This document shows, one piece after another, positions 21,142 through 30,000 of a stretch of DNA of 39,447 nucleotides. This stretch comes from an uncultured bacterium (lineage in GTDB: Bacteria; Hydrogenedentota; Hydrogenedentia; Hydrogenedentales; JAEUWI01). Position 1 is the first letter of the stretch. Each line of letters opens with the position of its first letter. Location: contig CAXBPH010000028.1 in assembly GCA_963977445.1 (NCBI GenBank), forward strand, positions 1-39,447. The letters are read 5' to 3'. The notes under the pieces are model-generated. The model made no database searches. It was given only the letters and a program-made list of their open reading frames with translations, and was not told the DNA's origin. Position numbers and translations under genes: made by a program.

Positions 21142-22211
21142 ATTCCCTTTTCCATCAGGTGCTGCAGGCCTTCGGCGTCCGCACTTCGCTTGAAGGCCAT
21201 TTCCGTGGTGATAATTCCCCGCTTGGACAGGCGATAGAGGGACTGGTTCATGGTGAGCATACCCTCGCCTTTTCCAATTTCAATCATGGAGGGAATCTGC
21301 TCCAGTTTCTCGGCGCGAATCAGCGAACGAATGGCTGGGTTAGCCAACATGATTTCCATAGCAAGGGCCCGGCCCATACCATCGGCGCGGGGCACCAGCT
21401 GCTGCACCACAACGGCTTCCAACACAAAGGAGAGCTGGGTTCGTACCTGTGCCTGCTGCCCGGCGGGGAACACGTCGATAATACGGTTCATCGTCTGCAG
21501 AGCATCGTTGGTGTGGAGGGTCGCAAAGGCGAGGTGACCGGTTTCCGCCACGGTAAGGGCCGCCTGGATCGTTTCCGTATCGCGCATTTCACCAATAAGA
21601 ATTACGTCGGGATCCTGACGCAATACGCGCTTCAAGGCCGCCGAAAAAGAGTCGGTATCGGCATGAATCTCGCGCTGATTTACGACGCTTCGGTTGTGTC
21701 GGTGAAGATATTCGATGGGATCCTCAATCGTAATGATGTGTGTATTGCGCTCACGATTGATTTTGTCAATTATCGAAGCAAGGGTCGTCGATTTACCGGA
21801 ACCGGTGGGGCCGCATACCAGAACTAGCCCAAAGGGTTTATAGGCGAAATCAGCAATTACCCGGGGAAGGCCCAATTGTTCGAAGGCCAGAATCTCGAAA
21901 GGAATGGCACGAAATGCCGCCACCACCGAGCCCCGATCGCGATAGACGTTGAGACGAAATCGGCTCAGGCCTTCAATACCGAAAGACAGATCGCACTCGC
22001 GTGTCGATTCAAATTCCGCGATCTGATCTTCATTCATCACCGTATAGATGACTTCCTGGGTCTGCTCCGCCGAAAGACGTGGGTATCCAGGTAACGGTTC
22101 CAGACCACCATGGAGACGAATCATAGGCGGTGCGCCGACAACGATGTGCAAGTCACTGGCCCCGGCCTTAATCGCTTTGGTCAGCAATTCCTTGATATTC
22201 GGTGTGGACAT
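21138..22211 (-). CDS. pilT: Type IV pilus retraction ATPase PilT
   Basis: GASDLHI, GPTGSGKSTT, EDPIE, RQDPDVILIGEMRD, AETGHL, AIRSLIRA (AIRNLIRE-like). Start ATG 22211 follows GGAGG. Confidence 0.92.
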   Translation of the reverse strand: MSTPNIKELLTKAIKAGASDLHIVVGAPPMIRLHGGLEPLPGYPRLSAEQTQEVIYTVMNEDQIAEFESTRECDLSFGIEGLSRFRLNVYRDRGSVVAAFRAIPFEILAFEQLGLPRVIADFAYKPFGLVLVCGPTGSGKSTTLASIIDKINRERNTHIITIEDPIEYLHRHNRSVVNQREIHADTDSFSAALKRVLRQDPDVILIGEMRDTETIQAALTVAETGHLAFATLHTNDALQTMNRIIDVFPAGQQAQVRTQLSFVLEAVVVQQLVPRADGMGRALAMEIMLANPAIRSLIRAEKLEQIPSMIEIGKGEGMLTMNQSLYRLSKRGIITTEMAFKRSADAEGLQHLMEKGM

Positions 22212-22364
22212 TCTTCCTCCTTTGGCTGGTAATTCCCTGTGACCCAACTCGTATGTGCAACGCACGTGGCCGGTGCCAGCACCCCCCGATGCTAACCCGG
22301 CGAACACCTGCTCCGTACTATTCTCGGCAACCGATACATCGCCAAGAATCAGCGTGCAATGGGA

Positions 22365-24089
22365 TTAATCGTGTGACGTGTGTTCCAATACCTGCTCGAT
22401 AGTGGACACGCCTTTTGCTGCTTTGGCCAACCCATTTTGACGCAGGGTCTGCATACCGCAGGCGATTGCCTGATTCTTAATATCATACCCCGAGGCACGC
22501 TGCAACACGAGGGGCTGTAATTCAGGCCAGTTGAGCAAGGCCTCAATAACGGCGACACGACCACGGTAGCCCGTTTCTTTACAACGGCTGCAACCACGAC
22601 CACGAACAAATTGTATTTGTTCCAGATAGTCAAAGCCGCGCCACTGGATGCGATCCAGCACTTCCTCAGGCACATTGATGGGTTCTTTACAATCCGAACA
22701 CACCCGTTTGAATAGTCGCTGGGCAGCCGCCAGAGCAACAGACGATTGGACCAGGAAGGGCTCGATACCCATATCCATCAAACGGGGGAACACACCGGCC
22801 GCATCGTTGGTGTGGAGGGTACTCAGCACGAGGTGACCCGTCAACGCCGCTTTTACCGCAACGTCGGCCGTTTCACCGTCTCGAATTTCACCAACCATCA
22901 CGATATCCGGGTCCTGACGCAGAATCTGTCGCAAGGCCGACGCGAAGGTGAAGCCGATGGTCGATTGCACCTGTACCTGGTTTACACCGAAGAGGTCATA
23001 TTCGATGGGGTCCTCAACGGTAACCACATTGGATTCCGGTGAATTCAGTTTGTGAAGGGCACTATACAGCGTGGTCGTTTTACCCGAACCCGTGGGACCC
23101 GTCAGCAGCAACATGCCGTGGGGCAATTTGAGGGCCTCCAGCATGGCCGTAACCGGTTGGGGCTCAAAACCGAGGGTATCCAGACCGAGCGTCAGATTCG
23201 ACTGATCGAGCACACGCAACACGATCTTTTCGCCATATTTACACGGAAGGAAACCAACACGAAAGTCAATCTCGCGGCCGTTGTAGCGAATACGAAACCG
23301 TCCGTCCTGGGGCAGACGGTGCTCGTCAATTCGGCACCCACAAAGGATTTTAAATCGGGCGATGATATTCTGCTGAAGACTCTTTGGGGGCGCTTTGGCC
23401 TCTTCCAGCGTACCGTCGACACGATAGCGGACCCGGATAAGTTTTTCGAAGGGCTCCAGGTGAATATCACTGGCACCCCGCTCAAGGGCGTTGAAAAGGA
23501 TCAGACGGGCCAGCTTCTTCACGGGTTCGTCTTCTGCGCCCACTTCGAGCCGGGATACGTCTTCTATATCATCCGTTGTTTTGAGTTCTTCTACGTTGGC
23601 GTCGCCTTCTTCATGGCCCACAATTGAGGCGTAGAGATCTTCGGCCTTACCGCCACCATAGTGCTTATCAATGGCACCGGCCAACTCCGACGACACCGCC
23701 ACCACCGGCTCAATTTCGTAACTCGTCAACATCCGCAAATCATCGAGGGCCATGATATTGAGGGGGTCGGCCATGGCCAACGTCAAGACGTCGCCGGTCA
23801 CGCTCACGGGCAACATCTGGTATTGGCGGGCCAGCGTCTCGGGCACTTCGGAAAGCACCTCTTTGGGGATGGAATAGTGGGCCACGCGAATGTGGGGAAT
23901 CCCCAGCTGCTCGCTGAGGGTAATGACCAAATCCTCTTCCGATAAATATTCTTTACTCACCAGGAGACTGGGCAAGCTCATTCCCGTCTGACGGTGCAGG
24001 TTGATGCACTCCTGCAACTGTTCCTGGGTCACAAGCTGCTGCTCGAGCAACATGTCCGGCAATCGCTTCTTAGTTGCGCGTGTCGCCAT
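22365..24089 (-). CDS. pilB: Type IV pilus assembly ATPase PilB (GspE family)
   Basis: MshEN-like N-terminus, ASDIHLEP, RLPQDGR, GPTGSGKTTT, RQDPDIVMVGEIRD, tetracysteine CSDC/CSRC. Strong RBS AAGGAGG. Confidence 0.92.
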   Translation of the reverse strand: MATRATKKRLPDMLLEQQLVTQEQLQECINLHRQTGMSLPSLLVSKEYLSEEDLVITLSEQLGIPHIRVAHYSIPKEVLSEVPETLARQYQMLPVSVTGDVLTLAMADPLNIMALDDLRMLTSYEIEPVVAVSSELAGAIDKHYGGGKAEDLYASIVGHEEGDANVEELKTTDDIEDVSRLEVGAEDEPVKKLARLILFNALERGASDIHLEPFEKLIRVRYRVDGTLEEAKAPPKSLQQNIIARFKILCGCRIDEHRLPQDGRFRIRYNGREIDFRVGFLPCKYGEKIVLRVLDQSNLTLGLDTLGFEPQPVTAMLEALKLPHGMLLLTGPTGSGKTTTLYSALHKLNSPESNVVTVEDPIEYDLFGVNQVQVQSTIGFTFASALRQILRQDPDIVMVGEIRDGETADVAVKAALTGHLVLSTLHTNDAAGVFPRLMDMGIEPFLVQSSVALAAAQRLFKRVCSDCKEPINVPEEVLDRIQWRGFDYLEQIQFVRGRGCSRCKETGYRGRVAVIEALLNWPELQPLVLQRASGYDIKNQAIACGMQTLRQNGLAKAAKGVSTIEQVLEHTSHD

Positions 24090-24182
24090 GGGTGCCCTCC
24101 TTTCCTGGTATCGCGCCTGAGACGCACTTCGGTGTTACTACGGGTTTGATGTATTCAGCTGGTTGCCGTTGACTTCGTGTCA

Positions 24183-26564
24183 TCATGCCGCTTCTTCTCC
24201 CCCAATATGACTGAGAATTTCGGTCGCCATTTCCACGCTGATCGCTTCGTTGGAGAGCGCAGCGAAGGCGGTAATCTTGCGCAATGAACCCACCATTTTA
24301 CGTATATCGTCTGATACCCGCATGGCTACGAGCGAACAGATTTCTTCGGGGAGTGTCACGCCACTCTGCTGCACATGTTGGCGCAATATTTTCATGCGCG
24401 TTTCCCATTCCGGGGGCTTGAGTTCGGCCACGATGCCGCTCGCGAACCGCGATACGAGTCGTTGCTCCAAAAGCCCCAGACGATCGGGCGCTTTGTCTCC
24501 TGCAATAATAATCTGCCGACCGCGCTGGTGCAACACATTAAAAATGTGAAAGAACTCTTCCTGCGCCTCGACACGGCCCCCCATAAACTGGATGTCATCC
24601 AGGATAAGCACATCCCAATGACAATAGTTGTCCCGGAAGGCCATCTGGGCGTCGGCCGCCAACGCCTCTTTCAGTCGACGTGAAAAGTGACTGGCAGAGA
24701 CATAGCCAACCCGTTGGCCGGGATTGGTCTGTTGGATGTGATTTCCTACGGCGCTTATAAGGTGGGTCTTACCCAACCCGACGTGTCCATATAGAAAGAG
24801 GGGGTTGTATTCACTACCCGGCTTTGCGGCGACCGCCTGGCATATCTTTGTGGTAAAGGCGTTGGCTTCCCCGGGGAAAAATCGTTCAAAGGTCAGGCTC
24901 TCCAACGGCACTTCTGACTCCAAACCATCACGTACGCGGGCATCTTCCTCCGCCTGGCGGGGATCTTCTTCCCCCGCCGGGGTGGAACCGAAAGGCGATA
25001 CAGAGGCATGGGCGGCACGATTGCCGTGTTGGAGATTCTGGACCCGCTCGTTCTGTACCAAGGTCGCTTCTATGAGTTGAGAGGTTTGCTGCGACGACTC
25101 TACCGCTGCTTCAGCTATTGCGGCCAGACGGGCACCCTGGATTTCCTGAGACTGCTGGCTGGTGGTGAGGATTTCCCGAATGGAGGTCACCATACCGGTC
25201 TGCGCTTCACGCAACGCAGCGACGACCTGCTCCATTTGTGCACTGCTGTCGCCCCCGCTATTGGCACGGGTTTGCACGACGAGCGTGGCGAGAACCTCCT
25301 GCATCACGCCGCCCAGGGTGTCACGCATGGTTTCCGCAATCGCCTCCAATGACGGCGCTTCAGGCTGATCAGACTTACTGGTCGCGCGGAGTTGCACCAG
25401 CACGGTCGCGAGGGCCTCTTGCATGGCCCCACCGACGCTATCACGAATGACCTCGGCCATCGTTTCGCCAGAAAGCTGTTCGGGCGCACGGGACAAGGTG
25501 TCTGACAAGCGCTGGAGTACTTCTTCCATGCCCGATGTCGCGGGGACAGCGGGTACCGGGGCCATTGCAGGCACTTCGACCGGAGGTGGGGGTGCACTGA
25601 CCGGGGCGGGCGCGCGAACGACCCCTTTGAGTTCTTCTATGGAGGACCGAAAGGCGGCTTCCAGCCCCGACCAATCCGGTGCAGGAGCCGGGGCAGGGGT
25701 TGCAGTTGCGGCAGGAACTACGGGGGACCGGTCGGCCGATTTCAGGGCCTCCAGCACGGCTTCGCGCATTGAGGTCTGAATCATTTCGCCGAATCGCTCT
25801 ATGGGAAAGGGCGCGTTCTCGGTTGGTGCCGGTGCCCGCTGTTCCCCTAGCTGCTTACCCAGCAACTCAGCGACACCACTGAATCCTGCATGAATGGCGG
25901 AAACCAAGGCGCCGGTATCCATAGCCGCACTGGACGCAGGCGGAGCAGGAGCAGGAGCAGGAGCAGGTTTGGGCGGGGCGGGTTTGGGGGGCAAGGCACT
26001 CAGGCCCAGAGAAGCGGCGCTCATTTCACCGCTACCACCACTACCGCCACTTTTGTTCCCCGAGAAATATTTGGTCATTACCTGTTCGAAGTGCGTCCAG
26101 TTGCACAAGATAGGTTTGACGCGCAATTCAGGACAGGCCGTGCGCACCGCGTCCAGGGCGGTCACGTCCAGCGGATCCACCATGGCGATGGTCAAAATCC
26201 GGCCGAGCTTGTCGATGGGAATCAGACCGTGTTCCAGGCACAGTGCTTCGGGAACCAGCGCCAGCACGTCGCTACCCACGTCATAGTCCAGCAAGCTGAT
26301 ATGGGGAATCTTGCATTTCTTTACAAAACAGGCATTGAGTGCTTCTTGGGTTACATAATTGGATTGGACCACGATTTTTGCAAGGAAGGCCCCATTCCTT
26401 TCACGCTCCGCCCTCGCCTCGGTCAGCTGGTCCGCTGTAATAAGCTGCGCATCGACCAGTAGATCGCCGAGACTATTGAAAACAGCGCCACCACGCCCAT
26501 CCGGGTTACCGGCAGCAGACGGGTTGCCTGAGTTATCGCGATCATCGGTCATGTAAGTCGACAC
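24183..26564 (-). CDS. Fusion: PilB/GspE N-terminal (MshEN-like) domain + Pro/Ala-rich and helical linker + DnaA AAA+ domain (no DNA-binding domain IV)
   Basis: N-terminus SLGDLLVDAQLITADQL..IPIDKLGRILTIAMVDPLD parallels the adjacent PilB N-terminus (LPVSVTGDVLTLAMADPLN). C-terminus TFERF..YNPLFLYGHVGLGKTHL..LILDDIQF..QEEFFHIFN..RLVSRF..PPEWETR is DnaA domain III. Start GTG 26564 or ATG 26552. Confidence 0.9.
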   Translation of the reverse strand: MSTYMTDDRDNSGNPSAAGNPDGRGGAVFNSLGDLLVDAQLITADQLTEARAERERNGAFLAKIVVQSNYVTQEALNACFVKKCKIPHISLLDYDVGSDVLALVPEALCLEHGLIPIDKLGRILTIAMVDPLDVTALDAVRTACPELRVKPILCNWTHFEQVMTKYFSGNKSGGSGGSGEMSAASLGLSALPPKPAPPKPAPAPAPAPPASSAAMDTGALVSAIHAGFSGVAELLGKQLGEQRAPAPTENAPFPIERFGEMIQTSMREAVLEALKSADRSPVVPAATATPAPAPAPDWSGLEAAFRSSIEELKGVVRAPAPVSAPPPPVEVPAMAPVPAVPATSGMEEVLQRLSDTLSRAPEQLSGETMAEVIRDSVGGAMQEALATVLVQLRATSKSDQPEAPSLEAIAETMRDTLGGVMQEVLATLVVQTRANSGGDSSAQMEQVVAALREAQTGMVTSIREILTTSQQSQEIQGARLAAIAEAAVESSQQTSQLIEATLVQNERVQNLQHGNRAAHASVSPFGSTPAGEEDPRQAEEDARVRDGLESEVPLESLTFERFFPGEANAFTTKICQAVAAKPGSEYNPLFLYGHVGLGKTHLISAVGNHIQQTNPGQRVGYVSASHFSRRLKEALAADAQMAFRDNYCHWDVLILDDIQFMGGRVEAQEEFFHIFNVLHQRGRQIIIAGDKAPDRLGLLEQRLVSRFASGIVAELKPPEWETRMKILRQHVQQSGVTLPEEICSLVAMRVSDDIRKMVGSLRKITAFAALSNEAISVEMATEILSHIGGEEAA
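25942..25967. repeat. (GGAGCA)4 in-frame tandem repeat encoding PAPAPAPA in the fusion linker
   Basis: ggagcaggagcaggagcaggagcagg read directly. Confidence 0.85.
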
Positions 26565-26637
26565 ACTCCCTGGTACGGACGTATGGTGTCCCTGGTTGCG
26601 TGGTCTCTAAAAGTCCACGCGTATGGATCCATACTCG

Positions 26638-26666
26638 ATTGTAACATCGAGGGGAAAAACGGTCAA
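26638..26666 (-). promoter_or_regulatory. Sigma-70 promoter candidate for the DnaA-fusion/pilB cluster
   Basis: Minus strand TTGACC-17 nt-TACAAT with an extended -10 TG, about 75-85 nt upstream of the start. Confidence 0.62.
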
Positions 26667-27050
26667 ACGAAAATTCTTTACAACTTCTTTAACGTCAACG
26701 CCTTGGCCAAACTGGCAAAATAAACGAAACGCAAACAACTTCCATATGCAGACCCCGAAGGCACCAGCAACACCACATATAGATGTCTGAGATAGATTCT
26801 GATCCCCATCTCATGCGAAATATCACCTATTCTCGGCCAGGGAGTGGGCGAATATTCATAGGGCTTCTTAGTTCTTCGGCAGGAACAGGGGATTTGAGTA
26901 GCTTTAGCGTCGGCGAAATGCCTGGTTTCGACGTATTGATACACCCCGAGGGGTCTGGGTTTGCCGCACTTTGGCACCCCAACGTATACTGGGGCCTTCC
27001 CAGGCGTGCTCACTACACGCCCATACGCCCCTTGAATGACAGGAATATCT

Positions 27051-30000
27051 ATGAAACGCGGCGACATCGCAGCTCCAATATTGTTTTTAGTCCAGGCGGC
27101 ACTCGCCCTGCTCCACGCACGTAGATTGGTGCCCGATGTGCCCGGCCTCGGTGATCAGTACTTCAACATTTCCGTGCTGCCCTTATCCGAGTCCCTCCGC
27201 TCCATCCGCACCCTGGGCTACCCCCTCTTTCACGCCATCATGGAGCGCCTGGGCATCGGGCTGGAGGACTACCCGCAGGCGCAGATGCTGCTCCTCATCG
27301 GATGCTGCGCCATTTTTGCTTTCGGATTGCGAAAATATGGCCTGTCGTCCCTGAGCGCATTGGCGGCCGCCTCCCCCCTGCTCTGGGTCGTGCCCACGAC
27401 ACTGGTGATGCCCGAAACGCCGGCGAAGTGTTTTGCCATTGCCGCCATCGGGTTTTTACTCTGGTCGGCGGGCACCCGAAGCCCCGTCGCCCTCATTGGT
27501 CTTGCCGCATCCCTTTTTCTCACCTATCAGATGCGCCCCGCCTTTTTGTTCATGCTTGTCTTTCTTCCCGTGTGCTGGTGTTTCCTCTACGTGCGCCGAT
27601 GGGGCCTCATCGATCCCCGACGCGGCATACGTCAGGGACTCTACACCGCCGGGGCCTGTGTGCTGCCCCTGTTTCTGTTTTGTCTCCTCCGACTGATATT
27701 GGTCGGCCACTTTGGCCTCGTCTCTTTTGGTGGCCAGAACACGGTCGGCATTTCCGTCGAACTCCTGACGGAGGACAGCGCAAAAGCCTTACCCATGGAG
27801 GATCGGCCTCTCGCCATGCTCCTCGCCCGCGCACGAGACGGATGGCCCATTGAGCGCTTCATCACGGACCGGGGTTACCCCGATGATTGGGAGGGTATGG
27901 CCACCCAGTATTCCGCCAATGTAAATCGAATCGGGCGGGCCGTACAAGCCAAGTTTCCCCCCGCCGGAAGCTCCTCAGACAACGTAGCGCAAGACAAGGC
28001 CTTCAGTCGCATGAGTCAGCGCACCTTCATCGCGGAGTGGCGACGCTACCGCGCCTGGCTTGTTGGTGCGGCTATTGAAAGTTGTCGGGTCGCCGCCGAT
28101 CTCTCCCTCGGGGGACGGGGCGGGATGGGCTTCGGCCTTTCCAGCATACCCTCGCTGGCCATCGGGGTGGGGCTGATCGCGCTGCTGCTCCTCAGTGGAT
28201 GCATGGAACGACGGGCCTTCGGCGAAGGATCCCGCCCGTTTTCCGGCCATGGGACGACCATCGTATTGGTTCTGGCAGGACTCTTTTTCTTTTTCAAAAT
28301 GTTGCTGGTCATTCTCGTGGAACCCCCCATCCCTCGCTATGTGCAGGCCGCCTTGTTTCTCGTTCCCTCGGTGGCGTCCCTTCTCCTCTGGGAACGGTGT
28401 GTCATCCTGATGGCCGCTCTCTGTAACCGGCCCTACTGGTATGGCCAATGTCTGGTTGCCTACCCTGCGGTACCCGATGCGCACCAGCCCATCGCCTGGC
28501 GTGCCCTTGCACACGCCTGGCGACCAAGACGCCCCGTGGCAGTGACCGCGCTGGTCATTGTATTTATCGTTGCGCTGGTCGGCTGGTGGAGCACCCGGGA
28601 GGATCGCTTTTTCAAACTATTTCAGACCCGACCGGATGTCGCCCGGGAAGCCCTGATTGCCGACGCCGACTACAACACCTGGCGAGACAGCCAAGGGGCT
28701 TCGGTCCTTCACTACGGTGCCTTACTCGACGACGAAGTCCTGGTCAATCACCTACTCAATGACCCGGCACTGGGCAACATCACGTCAGACGATGAAGCGA
28801 CCCCCTTGCACTGGGTGGCCATGGGAAAGACAAACGGAAATATTGTGCCTTCCCTTATCACGGGTGGCCTTTCACCAGACGCTCCCGGGCCGCTGGGCCT
28901 CAGCCCCGTCCATCTGGCAGCCCTTTCGGGCAACGCGTCGGTGTTGACGGCGCTCCTGGACCACGGCGGAAATGCCAACGCCACAACCCCTGCCCAGGTT
29001 GCTCCCTTACATCTGGCCCAATCGGTGGCCATCGCCGCCATTTTGATGGAGCACGGTGCGGCCGTGGATGTGCCCGACGGAAGTGAGGCCACTCCCTTCA
29101 TGTGGGCCCATACGCAAAAATTGGCAAGCTTTTTCCTAGAGCAGGGTGCCGACATCAATGCCGCGGAAAACTGGCGCTCCTTCGTCCGCCAATGCACCCC
29201 ATTGCACAAAGCCGTGTACCAGAAAGACTTTCAACGGGCACGGTGGCTGTTGAAGGAGGGGGCGGATCCCAATCGGGGGGATATAAACGGCTTTACCCCG
29301 CTATTTTACGCCTTGTGGCGCAACGACCGCATCATGATTGAACTGCTTTTGGACTACGACGCCCATATTGACCAACCCGGTCGTTGGCTCACCTATAACC
29401 GAGACGATCCCACCTATCGCTTTACGGACATCTATGGAAAAACATTGGGACGCCATCCCCGACGCAACACTTTCGGAAAACTGGTGCCCGATGAGGCGGG
29501 GCTTCGTCCCCTGGACTGGGTCGCCTTTCTGGGAAACCAGGATTTAATTCGCCTGCTGGTCGATCATGGAGCTAACCTCACCTTAAAGAACGAGGAAGGC
29601 ATGTCTGCCCTGCATTGGGCCATTTTGGGCTTCCAGGGAAAGGCCGAAAAGCTCCTCGAAGGGCTTGCCAATGATCCTGCGATTTTCGATAGCGCCACCC
29701 TGCCGCTGGCGGAATTCAGGACGTCCGTACAGGCGGGACGACGTACATTTAACGAGACGGTGCCTACCGCCAAGGTCGATGCCACGTTGATGGATAAAGC
29801 CCAGCGACTCGCCGACGAATATGAGGCCGGTGCCGCCAATATTCTGGAAGGGGACGATGGGTTTCTCTTCACCCGGCAGGCCTGCCAGTTTCTCCTGCAA
29901 AAGGACCTCCGTTACGCCGAGCCCGGCATCGCCACATCGGGCCCCTCTCCCGCGATGGCCTCTATCGTCGACATCGATCACCAGTTGAAGGCCCGGGGAA

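Noticed and set aside
25942..25967. (GGAGCA)4 as a phase-variation tract
   Set aside because: The unit length is a multiple of 3, so slippage changes linker length only and not the frame.
24183..26564. Calling this gene the chromosomal dnaA, or the region oriC
   Set aside because: Domains I and IV are absent, there are no dnaN/recF/gyrB/rpmH neighbours, and I see no DnaA-box cluster in the flanks.
26712..26740. GGCAAAA..GAAA..CGCAAA resembling a c-di-GMP-I riboswitch
   Set aside because: No stem can close the GAAA loop and no second hairpin is evident. An Infernal search with RF01051 would settle it.
26678..27124. Small ORFs 26678-27067 (-) and 26783-27124 (+)
   Set aside because: Both overlap the start of the large fusion gene, show no motifs, and lie in a divergent promoter region.
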